Assembly (NCBI GenBank): GCA_050187355.1
Contig: JBFWXO010000006.1
Location: 118,584-182,583 of the forward strand
From: Vicinamibacterales bacterium
GTDB taxonomy: Bacteria > Acidobacteriota > Vicinamibacteria > Vicinamibacterales > UBA2999
DNA length: 64,000 nt
Reading direction: 5' to 3'
Below are positions 19,969 to 29,932 of the stretch, piece by piece. The notes beneath the pieces are model-generated. The model ran no database searches, was not told the DNA's origin, and worked only from the letters and a program-made list of their open reading frames with translations. Each line of letters begins with the position of its first letter. Position 1 is the first letter of the stretch. Position numbers and translations under genes: made by a program.

Positions 19969-20054
19969 GCGCGGGCTCCTTCGGATGGCGGCGCGAGCCG
20001 GGGCGTGGCGCGCGCGGGCCCAATGAGTATAGGTGGTCGGCGCCCCGCGCCGTC

Positions 20055-21080
20055 TCAGCCGCCGGCCCGCGCCCGGCCGGCCAGCGCGCACTCCTCCGCG
20101 ACGGTGAGGTAGCGCGAGACGGCGCCGGCGCCGATCACGTACGGGTGCGGATCGCCGGGCTGCCGGCGCGCCATGGCCGGGAGCTTCGTCTTCGAGCCGT
20201 CGAACGCGGTGTGGTTCGAGAGCAGCACGTCGGCGCCCGCCCTGGCGGCGATGTCCCGGAACCGCCGGGCCGAGTCGATGTAGTGGGTGAACCAGAAGGC
20301 GTCGGGCCGCTCGGGCGTGATGTAGCCGGCGCGGTTGGCCACCCAGTTGAACGCCGTGCCGCCCCAGTAGGCGGCCGTGTGCGTGGCGGCGCCGTCGCGG
20401 ACCGGGATGATCGTCGACAGCGTCCCCAGCGTGTGGCCGGGCGTCTTGTAGAGCGTGAGCGTGGTGTCGCCCAGGGTCAGGGTGTCGCCATCGGCCACCA
20501 CCATGTCGCGGCGCGGCTTCTTCCAGGAGCCGCGCGTGCCGTCCAGCAGATCCCAGTCGTCGGCCGACAGGACGACGCGCGCCTTGTAGCGATCCTGGAG
20601 GAAGGACGCGCCTCCGGCGTGATCGGAGTGCCCGTGGCTGACGAGCACGTACTTGATGGCGGCCGGGTCGGCGCCGAGCGTCTCCAGGCCGCCGACGACC
20701 TCGTCGGCCACCGAGTAGTCGAAGATCGGATCGATCACGATGAGGCCCGCGGACGTGACCACGGCCCAGGCGGAGTACTCGGTCTGCCCGACGAAATAGA
20801 GGTTGTCGAACACCTTCACCGGATCGGCGTGCCAGCTCGCACGCGGAGGCGGGCCGGCGGGCCGCGACGCGGCCGGCGCGGCCAGCGCCGGGGCCGGCGG
20901 CACGCACAGCCGCTGGAAGAGCGGGGCGAAGTCGGCGCCCGCGGCGGCCTTCGCGCGGGCGACGTGGTCCGCCACGCCCCGGTCCTGCGCGGCGGGCCCG
21001 GCGGCCGCGAGCGCGGCGCTCAGCGCCAAGACGGCTGCGGCTCGGCCGGTCACGCGCCGGTGCGCCAGGCGCGGGATCAT
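20055..21080 (-). CDS. Secreted metallo-beta-lactamase-fold hydrolase, subclass B3-like
   Basis: PVKVFDNLYFVG, HGHSDH, TPGHT and LSNH motifs; signal peptide. Confidence 0.85.
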   Translation of the reverse strand: MIPRLAHRRVTGRAAAVLALSAALAAAGPAAQDRGVADHVARAKAAAGADFAPLFQRLCVPPAPALAAPAASRPAGPPPRASWHADPVKVFDNLYFVGQTEYSAWAVVTSAGLIVIDPIFDYSVADEVVGGLETLGADPAAIKYVLVSHGHSDHAGGASFLQDRYKARVVLSADDWDLLDGTRGSWKKPRRDMVVADGDTLTLGDTTLTLYKTPGHTLGTLSTIIPVRDGAATHTAAYWGGTAFNWVANRAGYITPERPDAFWFTHYIDSARRFRDIAARAGADVLLSNHTAFDGSKTKLPAMARRQPGDPHPYVIGAGAVSRYLTVAEECALAGRARAGG

Positions 21081-21640
21081 GCCGACGGCCACAGCCATCC
21101 GAACGCGCCGGCGGTGAGGCAGGCGTAGAGGAGGCCGTCGAAGGTGGACTTCAGGGTCGTGGACACCGACCGCTTGTACCAGATCGACATCTGCCACAGG
21201 CCGAGGGCGTACCCCATGAAGGCGGTGGTGCCGACCACGCGGAACACGATCAGGTAGTGCGCGCCCGGGCCGAGGGTCCGGCTGGCGACGTAGCCGGAGA
21301 AGAATGCGATGGCCGCCGCGTACACGAACCACTGCGCCAGCTGCGCGCCCATGAAGTTCGCGCCGGCCGGCAGCACCGTCAGCGTGGCCACGGGGCCCTT
21401 GGTCCACTTCTCCTGGAAGACGGGGTCCTTCATGCCGGCCGGGCCGCCGGAGTGCGGCAGGAAGTAGTCGCCGGGCGGGATCCCCATCGGCCGGAGCGCC
21501 GCGATGACGTCGTCCTCGCGCGGCAGCTTGCCGTAGTCGGTGTTGTGGTACCCGAGCGCCATGTGGATGACCGAACTCGCGACGAACACCAGCACGGCCG
21601 ACAGGAGCACGGGCAGCCAGAGTGACGTCAGGGCAACCAT
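21077..21640 (-). CDS. Hypothetical membrane protein
   Basis: About 4 TM helices; SD GGAGGT; stop overlaps the MBL gene start. Confidence 0.8.
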   Translation of the reverse strand: MVALTSLWLPVLLSAVLVFVASSVIHMALGYHNTDYGKLPREDDVIAALRPMGIPPGDYFLPHSGGPAGMKDPVFQEKWTKGPVATLTVLPAGANFMGAQLAQWFVYAAAIAFFSGYVASRTLGPGAHYLIVFRVVGTTAFMGYALGLWQMSIWYKRSVSTTLKSTFDGLLYACLTAGAFGWLWPSA

Positions 21641-21736
21641 GGGTACCTCCGCGTGAGACGCGCGCCGTCGTGGGATTCCCGAGGCCGTGCATGCTACCAC
21701 CGGCCGGCGGCGGGACGCGGCGCTACAATCCGGCGC

Positions 21737-22174
21737 ATGGCGACCACCGTAGTCCCCGTGCTGATCCTGGCCGCGGCACTCGCCGCCGGCCAATCCCCCG
21801 CGGCGATGCGGGCGCGCCTGTCCACGGTCCCCATCGACGTCGCGATGCAGGCGACCGTCGCCGGCAGCGGCAGCGCCACGGCGACGCTGCCGGGAACGAC
21901 GCTGAGCGTCGAGGGCACCTATCGGGGGCTCGTGACGCCGGCCACCACCGTCCGCGTGTACGAGAGCCCGCGGGCCGGCATGCGCGGCACCCTGGTGGGC
22001 GAGTTCCAGAGCGGGGGCGGCACGTCGGGCGTCTTCGCGGGCGTCGTCGCCCTGACGCCCGACCGCGCCGCGGCGTTCGGGAAGGGCCTGCTCTACGTGC
22101 AGATCCAGAGCGAGAAGGCTCCCGACGGCAACCTGTGGGGCTGGCTGCTGCCGGCGAAGGGACCACGCCGATGA
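21737..22174 (+). CDS. CHRD-domain-like secreted protein
   Basis: GSGSATATL and [22 protein letters not shown]-terminus; ATGA overlap with the PQQ gene. Confidence 0.75.
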   Translation: MATTVVPVLILAAALAAGQSPAAMRARLSTVPIDVAMQATVAGSGSATATLPGTTLSVEGTYRGLVTPATTVRVYESPRAGMRGTLVGEFQSGGGTSGVFAGVVALTPDRAAAFGKGLLYVQIQSEKAPDGNLWGWLLPAKGPRR

Positions 22175-24270
22175 CCCGCGCGCCGATTCGACCGCATCAC
22201 ACCTGGCTCGCGGCGGGAGCGGCCGCCGTGGCCGTGGCGCTGGCGGCCACGCCGGGGCCCGAGGCCGCCGGGCAGCAGGCCGCGCCGGCGCTCACCGCGG
22301 CCCGGGCCGCCGCGGGCCGCGATCTCTACCAGACGCGATGCGCGGGCTGTCACCTGGCCGATCTCGGCGGGCGCAACGACGCCCCCGCGCTCACCGGCGC
22401 CTCGTTCCAGAGCGTCTGGCAGGCCCGACCGGTCGCCGATCTCGCCGGCTACATTCGCGCCGCGATGCCGCCAGGCGGACCGGCGCTCGGCGACGAGGAC
22501 GCGCTGGCGGTCACGGCCTTCATCCTCGCGACCAACGGCCGCGGATCGGTTCCGCCCCCGGCACCCCCCGCCGCCGGTCCGCGCCTGCCCGATCCGGACG
22601 AGGCGCCGCCGGCCCGGGGGCTCTACGCGCCCGGGACCGTCCCCGGCTATGTCCCCGTGACCGACGCGATGCTCAGGACGCCGCCGCCCGGCGACTGGCT
22701 GATGGCGCGGCGCACGTACCAGGCCTGGAGCTACAGCCCGCTCACCGAGATCTCCACCGCCACCGTCGGCGCGCTGCGCCTGGCGTGGGCGTGGAACATG
22801 AACGAGGGCGGCTCGAACCAGCCGATGCCGCTCGTCCACGACGGCATCGTGTACCTCACGAACACCATGAACGAGGTGCAGGCCCTCGACGGCGCGACCG
22901 GGGAGCTCCTCTGGGCCAACCAGGTGGGTCCGAACCGGCGGGGCGTCGCCTCAGGCGGCATGCGCAACATCGCCATCTACGACGACAAGATCTTCCTGGC
23001 CACGACCGACGCGAAGATGGTCGCCCTGAACGCGAAGACGGGCGAGGTCGTGTGGACCACCGTCATCGCCGACGCCGCGAAAGGCTTCACGAACACCAGC
23101 GGGCCGATCGTGGTGAAGGGCAGGGTGATCCAGGGCCTCGGCGGTTGCGAGCGCTACCAGCCCGAGCGCTGCTTCATCAGCGCCTACGACGCGTCGACCG
23201 GCGCGCTGGCCTGGAAGTTCCACACGGTGGCCCACACGGGCGAGCCCGGCGGCGACACGTGGAACGACCTGCCCGACATGATGCGCCAGGGCGGCGAAAC
23301 CTGGATCACGGGCAGCTACGATCCCGACGTCGATCTCACGTTCTGGGGCATCGCCCAGGCCAAGCCGTGGATGCCCGTGAGCCGCGGCACACGCGCGTTC
23401 GACGCCGCGCTCCACACGGCGTCCACGGTGGGCCTCAATCCCGACACGGGCGCCCTCGTCTGGCGCTTCCAGCACGTGCCCGGGGAGTCCCTGGACCTCG
23501 ACGAGGTGTTCGAGAAGGTGGCCGTGGACGTGGGCGGGCGCCAGGCGCTCTTCACGATCGGCAAATCGGGCATCCTGTGGAAGCTCGATCGGAGGACCGG
23601 CGCGCTGCTGGACTTCACCGAGACGGTGTTCCAGAACGTCTACACGGCCATCGACCGCGGGACCGGGCGCGTCACCTACCGCGGCGACATCCTGGAACAG
23701 AAGATCGGCCAGTGGATCGCCGCCTGCCCCAGCACCGAGGGCGGCCACAACTGGCAGGCGATGAGCTACCACCCGGGGACGCAGTCGCTCATCATCCCCC
23801 TCAGCCAGTCGTGCATGGAGATCGCGGCGCGCAAGGTGGACCAGGTGCCGGGCCAGGGGGGCACGGCCGGGGCGCGGCGCTTCTTCGAGATGCCGGGCAG
23901 CGATGGCAACGTCGGCAAGCTGGCCGCCTACGACGCCGACACGCTGAAGGAGGTCTGGAGCGTCGAGCAGCGCCCGGCCTATCTCACCGCGGCGCTCACG
24001 ACCGGCGGCGGCCTCGTGTTCATCGGCGATCTCGACCGCTACTTCCACGCCTACGACGTGAAGACGGGGCGGGAGCTGTGGAAGACGCGCCTCGGCACCT
24101 CGGTGCAGGGATTCCCCGTGACCTACACGGCGGGCGGGCGGCAGTACGTGGCGGTCACGACCGGCCTCGGCGGCGGGAGCCCGCGCAACGTGCCGCAGAC
24201 GATCTCGCCCGAGATCCGCTACCCGCGGAGCGGCCACACGCTCTACGTATTCGAGCTGCCCCCCCGGTAG
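22171..24270 (+). CDS. Quinohaemoprotein: N-terminal cytochrome c plus PQQ-dependent dehydrogenase
   Basis: Signal peptide; CAGCH; Trp-docking propeller repeats; [22 protein letters not shown] and GRQYVAV motifs. Confidence 0.9.
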   Translation: MTRAPIRPHHTWLAAGAAAVAVALAATPGPEAAGQQAAPALTAARAAAGRDLYQTRCAGCHLADLGGRNDAPALTGASFQSVWQARPVADLAGYIRAAMPPGGPALGDEDALAVTAFILATNGRGSVPPPAPPAAGPRLPDPDEAPPARGLYAPGTVPGYVPVTDAMLRTPPPGDWLMARRTYQAWSYSPLTEISTATVGALRLAWAWNMNEGGSNQPMPLVHDGIVYLTNTMNEVQALDGATGELLWANQVGPNRRGVASGGMRNIAIYDDKIFLATTDAKMVALNAKTGEVVWTTVIADAAKGFTNTSGPIVVKGRVIQGLGGCERYQPERCFISAYDASTGALAWKFHTVAHTGEPGGDTWNDLPDMMRQGGETWITGSYDPDVDLTFWGIAQAKPWMPVSRGTRAFDAALHTASTVGLNPDTGALVWRFQHVPGESLDLDEVFEKVAVDVGGRQALFTIGKSGILWKLDRRTGALLDFTETVFQNVYTAIDRGTGRVTYRGDILEQKIGQWIAACPSTEGGHNWQAMSYHPGTQSLIIPLSQSCMEIAARKVDQVPGQGGTAGARRFFEMPGSDGNVGKLAAYDADTLKEVWSVEQRPAYLTAALTTGGGLVFIGDLDRYFHAYDVKTGRELWKTRLGTSVQGFPVTYTAGGRQYVAVTTGLGGGSPRNVPQTISPEIRYPRSGHTLYVFELPPR

Positions 24271-24355
24271 CGGCGACGGCCCGCCGCGGATGCCCGCGCC
24301 CGCGCGCCAACACGACGGCGACCGGGACTAGAATCGGGACGTCGCGGAGGATCCA

Positions 24356-24745
24356 GTGAGCACACACGACCCCTTGACGGCCCCCATGCCCGGCGCGGAC
24401 TCGCGCCAGGTGGGCGGCATGCAGCTCGACATCGTGAAGGCCGGCGCCGCGCGCGTGAAGCGCGCCATCTACCCGACGGGCTTCCGCTGGGCCACGCACA
24501 TGAAGCCGGTGACGGGCACCGACGTCTGCATGCACGGGCACGTCGGCTTCCTGGCCCGGGGACGCATCCACGTCCACTTCCCGGACGGCTGCGTCCAGGA
24601 GTACGAGGCCCCCGCCGCCCTGGCCATCGAGCCCGGCCACGACGCCTGGGTGATGGGCGACGAGCCGGCCGTGATCATCGAGGTGGACTTCGAAGGCGAC
24701 ACCATCGCCAAGCTCGGGCTGCCCGACGGGCACCGGCACGACTGA
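24356..24745 (+). CDS. Cupin-domain protein
   Basis: GFRWATH..P..GT..C...HVG and IEPGHDAWV motifs; SD GGAGG. Confidence 0.85.
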   Translation: MSTHDPLTAPMPGADSRQVGGMQLDIVKAGAARVKRAIYPTGFRWATHMKPVTGTDVCMHGHVGFLARGRIHVHFPDGCVQEYEAPAALAIEPGHDAWVMGDEPAVIIEVDFEGDTIAKLGLPDGHRHD

Positions 24746-24746
24746 C

Positions 24747-26177
24747 GTGCGGCCCCCTCTCAGAGCCGTCCTGACGCTGGCCCTCGCCGCCACGGCGCTG
24801 GGCGCCCGCCCGATGGCGCAGCGGCTGCCGATCGGCGAGCCGATCCGGGAGTTCGTCGCGGTGGACGCGCCGGTCGTCGCGCTGACCCACGTCCGCGTGA
24901 TCGACGGCACGGGCGCCGCGCCGCGCGACGACCAGACCGTGGTGATGCGCGACGGGCTCATCGCGGCCCTGGGCCCGGCGGCCTCCACGCCTCCGCCCGC
25001 CGGCGCGCAGGTCATCGACCTCACGGGCAGGAGCGTCATCCCCGGGCTCGTGATGCTCCACGAGCACACCTACTACCCCACCGGCCCGGGCGTCTACGGC
25101 CAGCTCGGCCTGAGCTTCGCGCGGCTGTACCTCGCCGGCGGCGTCACCACCATGCGGACCGGCGGCAACCTGAACGGCTTCATGGACATCGTCCTGAAGC
25201 GGCGCGTCGATGCGGGCACGGCGGCCGGGCCCGCCATCGACGCCACCATGCCGTACGTGAACGGCGAGAACCAGTTCGTCCAGACGACGGCGGTGGACTC
25301 CGAGGAGCGCGCCCGGAAGCACGTGGCGTACTGGGCCGACGAGGGCGCGACGTCGGTCAAGGCGTACATGCAGATCTCGCGGGCCGCGCTCGGCACCGCC
25401 ATCAAGGAAGCCCACGCGCGCGGGCTCAAGGTCACCGGGCACCTCTGCTCGGTCACCTACGCCGAGGCCGCCGCGCTCGGCATCGACAACCTCGAGCACG
25501 GGTTCCTGGCGGCCACCGACTTCGTGCCGGACAAGCAGCCGGACGTGTGCCCCGGCCAGGGCCGCGGCCAGCAGTCGCTCGTGGATCTCGATCCGAAGGG
25601 CACGGCGTTCCAGACCCTGATAAGGACGCTCATCGAGCGCCGCGTGGCCATCACGTCCACGCTCACGGTGTTCGAGGCCGGCATGCCCTCGCGACCCCTG
25701 CCGCCCGGCATCGACGTGCTGCTGCCCGAGCTCCGGGAACAGTACGAGCAGAACCGCGCCCGCGCGGCCCGGAACACGACGTCGGTCATGCCGCGCCTCT
25801 TCCCCAAGGCGATGGCCCTCGAACGCGAGTTCGCCCTCGCCGGCGGGCTGCTGGTGGCGGGCACCGACCCCACCGGCGGCGGCGGCGTGATCCCGGGCTT
25901 CTCGGATCACCGTCAGCTCGAGCTGCTCGTGGAGGCCGGGTTCTCGCCGCTCGAGGCCCTTGCCATCGGCACGCGCAACGGCGCGCGGTATCTCGGACAG
26001 GAGGCCCGCATCGGCACGCTCGCGCCCGGCAAGCAGGCCGATCTCGTCGTGATCGACGGGGATCCCTCGCGGGACATCGCCGAGATCCGGAAGGTCCAGA
26101 CGGTGTTCCGGCGCGGCGTGGGCTTCGATCCTGCGAAGCTCATCCAGTCGGTGACGGGGAAAGTCGGACTCTGGTGA
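24747..26177 (+). CDS. Secreted amidohydrolase (imidazolonepropionase-like)
   Basis: IDGTG, PGLVMLHEH, GVTTMR, AGTD and GKQADLVV motifs. Confidence 0.92.
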   Translation: MRPPLRAVLTLALAATALGARPMAQRLPIGEPIREFVAVDAPVVALTHVRVIDGTGAAPRDDQTVVMRDGLIAALGPAASTPPPAGAQVIDLTGRSVIPGLVMLHEHTYYPTGPGVYGQLGLSFARLYLAGGVTTMRTGGNLNGFMDIVLKRRVDAGTAAGPAIDATMPYVNGENQFVQTTAVDSEERARKHVAYWADEGATSVKAYMQISRAALGTAIKEAHARGLKVTGHLCSVTYAEAAALGIDNLEHGFLAATDFVPDKQPDVCPGQGRGQQSLVDLDPKGTAFQTLIRTLIERRVAITSTLTVFEAGMPSRPLPPGIDVLLPELREQYEQNRARAARNTTSVMPRLFPKAMALEREFALAGGLLVAGTDPTGGGGVIPGFSDHRQLELLVEAGFSPLEALAIGTRNGARYLGQEARIGTLAPGKQADLVVIDGDPSRDIAEIRKVQTVFRRGVGFDPAKLIQSVTGKVGLW

Positions 26178-26222
26178 CGGCCGCACGCCTGCGGCGCCGC
26201 GGGAGCCCGGGAAGGTGACGCC

Positions 26223-26996
26223 GTGCTGATTCCCTCGATCGATCTCAAGGGCGGACGCATCGTCCAGCTCGTGCAGGGCGAGACGCTCGCCGTCGAGTCG
26301 CACGACGTGGACGGCTGGGTCGCGCGCTTCCACGGCTTCCCGGCCGTGCAGCTCATCGACCTCGACGCCGCGATGGGGACCGGCAACAACGACCCGCTCG
26401 TGCGCTACGTCGCGGCGAAGCTGCCGTGCCGGGTGGGCGGCGGCGTCCGCTCGGCCGGGCGGGCGGCGGAACTCCTCGCGGCCGGCGCCACGCACGTGAT
26501 CGTGGGCTCGTCCCTGTACCGGCAGGGTGCGACGGGCACCGACTGCATCGACCTCGCGTTCGCCGAGGCGCTCGCCCGCGAGGTCGGGGCCGCGCACGTC
26601 ATCGGCGCCGTGGACAGCCGCGGCGGCCAGGTGGTGATCCACGGCTGGAAGACGACGCTGCCGCTCACGGCGATGGACGCGGTAAGGACCCTCGAGCCGT
26701 ATTGCACCCAGTTCCTCTACACCCACGTGGATCGCGAAGGGCTGATGCAGGGCACCGATCTGGGCGCGATCCTCGCCGTGGCGCGCGCGACATCGCGGCA
26801 GGTCATCGCGGCCGGCGGCATCACGACCCAGGCCGAGATCGACGAACTGGACCGCCACGGCGTCCACGCCGTGGTCGGCATGGCCATCTACACCGGGGCC
26901 CTCGCGGTGAAAGCGCCCGGCGCTGCACTCAAAGCGCCCGGCGCTGCCGTGAAAGCGCCCGGCGCTGTCGTGAAAGCGCCCGGCGCTACTGGATGA
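26223..26996 (+). CDS. hisA: HisA-type phosphoribosylformimino-AICAR-P isomerase, with C-terminal repeat tail
   Basis: LIPSIDLKGGRIVQL, IDLDAA, VGGGVRS, THVDREGLMQG, AAGGI and VVGMAIY motifs. Confidence 0.85.
   Translation: MLIPSIDLKGGRIVQLVQGETLAVESHDVDGWVARFHGFPAVQLIDLDAAMGTGNNDPLVRYVAAKLPCRVGGGVRSAGRAAELLAAGATHVIVGSSLYRQGATGTDCIDLAFAEALAREVGAAHVIGAVDSRGGQVVIHGWKTTLPLTAMDAVRTLEPYCTQFLYTHVDREGLMQGTDLGAILAVARATSRQVIAAGGITTQAEIDELDRHGVHAVVGMAIYTGALAVKAPGAALKAPGAAVKAPGAVVKAPGATG
26907..26990 (+). repeat. Tandem repeat, 4 x 21 bp, encoding (V/L)KAPGAx
   Basis: Invariant core AAAGCGCCCGGCGCT; units start at 26907, 26928, 26949 and 26970. Confidence 0.95.
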
Positions 26997-27384
26997 AGGC
27001 CACGGCGCGCACGGCCTTGGCCACGACGTAGATCCGGTCGTTGTTCGACATCGGATCGGCCGGCGTCATGAAGAAGCCGGGACGGGCGGCGTCGTAGGCG
27101 GTCGTCGAGCCGACCAGCATCTCCCCGTCCTTGAAGACGACCTGCAGCTTGCGCCCGGGCACCAGCTTCTCGAAGGCCTTCTTCTCGTTGTAGTCCTTGT
27201 TCCCGGCGTGGTCCTTCACGAAGAACACGGCCTTCAGGGCCGGCACGCCCACCCTCACGGGCGCCGCGCCAGGCTCGGTCGGGATCACGTGGAAGAAGTC
27301 GCGCGAGATGGAGAAGTCCTGGGTGGTGCCCTTCACCATCCGCCCGTCGGCGAAACGCGCGACGACACGATTGTGAATCTGCAT
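26986..27384 (-). CDS. Hypothetical protein with two-fold internal repeat (DUF6982-like)
   Basis: VVARFADGRMVKGTTQDF resembles LQVVFKDGEMLVGSTTAY; strongly GC3-biased codons. Confidence 0.8.
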   Translation of the reverse strand: MQIHNRVVARFADGRMVKGTTQDFSISRDFFHVIPTEPGAAPVRVGVPALKAVFFVKDHAGNKDYNEKKAFEKLVPGRKLQVVFKDGEMLVGSTTAYDAARPGFFMTPADPMSNNDRIYVVAKAVRAVAFIQ

Positions 27385-27480
27385 GGGTGACGTCCGCGGG
27401 GGGAAACCCTGGTCAGCTTAACGTACGCGCGACCCGCGGCCCGCGCGCCGGATGCGCGCCGGCCGGTATGATGGCGACCC

Positions 27481-28281
27481 GTGGCCCGCGATCTCACGCA
27501 CGTCGTCAGCACCTATTCGAGCGCGGCCGATCACTTCGACAGCCTGCCCTTCTGGCATCACTTCGGCCGGGCCACCGTCCGCCTCGCCGGCCTGCCGCCG
27601 GGCGCGCGCGTGGTCGACCTGTGTTGCGGCACGGGCGGGTCGGCGCTGCCGGCGGCGGAGGCGGCAGGGCCCGCCGGGTCCGTGCTGGGCGTGGACGCCA
27701 CGCCCGCCCTCGTCGAGATCGCGCGCGCGAGGGCCGCCGGGGCGGGGCTGGCCCACGCGCGATTCGAGGTGGCCGACGTCACCACGTTCGACCTGCCCGC
27801 CGGGTCCGTCGACGCCGTGATCTCGGTGTTCGGCCTCTTCTTCTTCGACGACATGGCCGGTCTGCTCCGCCGGGCGTGGTCGTGGCTGGCCCCGGGAGGC
27901 GCCCTGGTGACGACGGTGTGGGGCGAGGTGGTGCTGTGGCCCGGCGAGGACTACTTCTGGGACGAAGTGCGCCGCGAAGACCCCGCGCTCGAGCACATCA
28001 GCGCGTCGAGCCGCCTGGCGGCGCCGGGCGCCATCGAGGCGGTGTACGCCGAGGCCGGCCTGCCGGCGCCGATCGTCACGCGCGAGTCCTGGCGCATGCC
28101 GCTCGCGTCACCCGAGGCCTTCTGGCCCGTGATCCTGGGCACGAGCAACCGAGGAGTACTCGAGTCCCTGCCGGCCGACGCGCAAGATCGCGTCAAGCGG
28201 GCCGTGCTGCACCGGCTGGCGCGTGAAGGCGTCAGCGGGCTGGACATGACGGCGCACGTCGCGATCGCACGCAAGTCCTGA
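27481..28281 (+). CDS. Class I SAM-dependent methyltransferase
   Basis: VVDLCCGTG, LGVD, DAVISVFG and LAPGG motifs. Confidence 0.92.
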   Translation: MARDLTHVVSTYSSAADHFDSLPFWHHFGRATVRLAGLPPGARVVDLCCGTGGSALPAAEAAGPAGSVLGVDATPALVEIARARAAGAGLAHARFEVADVTTFDLPAGSVDAVISVFGLFFFDDMAGLLRRAWSWLAPGGALVTTVWGEVVLWPGEDYFWDEVRREDPALEHISASSRLAAPGAIEAVYAEAGLPAPIVTRESWRMPLASPEAFWPVILGTSNRGVLESLPADAQDRVKRAVLHRLAREGVSGLDMTAHVAIARKS

Positions 28282-28366
28282 CCGCCTGGGCGCGGTGACG
28301 CGACCCGCGGGCTGCCGTCGCTACCTGAGTAGCCGCCAGAGCGCGCGCGAGCGAGGAGCGTCAGCC

Positions 28367-29923
28367 ATGCGCACCAGGAGTACACGGTCGATCACGGTCG
28401 GAGTTGCCGTCGCAGTGCTGGTGTGGGTCACGGTCGCGCCGCTGGTGGCGCAGCTCGTGGACCGCACCCTGGCGCCGAATGCGGCCAACGAGGGCATCGG
28501 GCTGTCGCTGGCCGAGCAGACCGGCGCGGGGCGCGGCGACCCGTCGACGCCGGACTCCTCCCGCTTCATCATTGGACGCGATCCGTTCCGGGCCATCCGG
28601 CGCGGGCGCCAGCTGTTCCAGCGGAAGTTCCGGAGCGCGGTCGGGCTCGGGCCCATCACGGGCGACGGCGCCGGCGAACTCGATCGGATCGGCGAGATTG
28701 GCGCGGGGCTCAGCGACAGTTGCGCGGGCTGCCACGGCCGCCCCCGCGGCGCGGCCGGCTTCGGCGGCGACGTGGCGACCAGGCCCGACAGCCGTGATGC
28801 CATTCACCTCTTCGGCCTCGGCCTCAAGGAGATGCTGGCCGACGAGATCACGGCCGACCTGCGGGCCGCCAGAACCGCGCTCGTCGGAGCCTCGGCCAGG
28901 GCCGGGCGCCCCCTGTCGGCGCGGCTCACGAGCAAGGGCGTGGACTACGGCGTCCTGACCGCCCTCCCCGACGGCACGGTGGACACCTCGGGCGTCGCCG
29001 GCGTGGATCCCGACCTGCGCGTGCGTCCCTTCTTCTGGCACGGCAAGACGCTGTCGATTCGCGAGTTCGTCGTCGGGGCCCTGAACGCCGAGATGGGCCT
29101 GCAGGTCGCCGACCCGGATCTCGCCGCAGCCGCGGCGGGCGCCCGCGTGGTGACGCCGGCCGGCATGACGCTCGACGGACGCACCGACGCGATCGAAGCG
29201 CCGCCGGCAGGCGGCGAGCTCGACCCCGCCCTGGTGGACTACCTCGAGTTCTACCTGCTCAACTACTTCAAGCCCGGACAGCACGAGCGGACCGCGGAGG
29301 CCGCGCAGGGCCTTCGGGTGTTCAATCGCCTCGGCTGCGCGTCCTGCCACCGGCAGACGCTGACCATCGAGCACGATCGCCGGGTGGCGGACGTGGACAC
29401 GGTGTTCGACCCGGTCCGCGGCAACCTGAACCGGCTCTTTGCCACCGCGACGCCCAGGCTCTCCGTGCACGACGACGGCACCGGCTACCCCGCGCTGAAG
29501 CTGCCGGCGCGGCAGCGCTTCGAGGTGACCAACATCTTCACGGACTTCAAGCGCCACGACCTGGGGGCGGGCTTCCACGAGCGCAACTACGACGGCACGG
29601 TGCGGACCGAGTTCCTGACCGCGCCGCTCTGGGGCGTCGGGACGACGGCCCCCTACGGCCACGACGGGCGCAGCGTGAACCTCCGGGAGGTCATCCTGCG
29701 CCACGGGGGCGAGGCGCAGGACTCGCGGGATCGGTTCGCCGAAGCGCCCCCGCGCCTCCAGCGGGCGGTGACGGCGTTCCTCGAGACGCTGGTGCTGTTT
29801 CCCCCGGACGACACGGCGTCGAATCTCGACCCGGGCGATCGCACCCTGCCGGGGTTCCCCCAGGCGGGTCACGGCAGCATCCGGTTGAGCGTGCTCTTCA
29901 ACGACCCGCGGAGGGTCGAATAG
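28367..29923 (+). CDS. Secreted di-haem oxidoreductase family (thiol oxidoreductase-like) protein
   Basis: CAGCH and CASCH; FTDFKRHDLG, TAPLWGVG and HDGR motifs; signal peptide. Confidence 0.85.
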   Translation: MRTRSTRSITVGVAVAVLVWVTVAPLVAQLVDRTLAPNAANEGIGLSLAEQTGAGRGDPSTPDSSRFIIGRDPFRAIRRGRQLFQRKFRSAVGLGPITGDGAGELDRIGEIGAGLSDSCAGCHGRPRGAAGFGGDVATRPDSRDAIHLFGLGLKEMLADEITADLRAARTALVGASARAGRPLSARLTSKGVDYGVLTALPDGTVDTSGVAGVDPDLRVRPFFWHGKTLSIREFVVGALNAEMGLQVADPDLAAAAAGARVVTPAGMTLDGRTDAIEAPPAGGELDPALVDYLEFYLLNYFKPGQHERTAEAAQGLRVFNRLGCASCHRQTLTIEHDRRVADVDTVFDPVRGNLNRLFATATPRLSVHDDGTGYPALKLPARQRFEVTNIFTDFKRHDLGAGFHERNYDGTVRTEFLTAPLWGVGTTAPYGHDGRSVNLREVILRHGGEAQDSRDRFAEAPPRLQRAVTAFLETLVLFPPDDTASNLDPGDRTLPGFPQAGHGSIRLSVLFNDPRRVE

Positions 29924-29932
29924 CGGCGCAGG

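Noticed and set aside
26907-26990. Palindromic repeats as a mini-CRISPR array
   Set aside because: Only 6-nt variable gaps, no spacers or cas genes, and in frame within hisA
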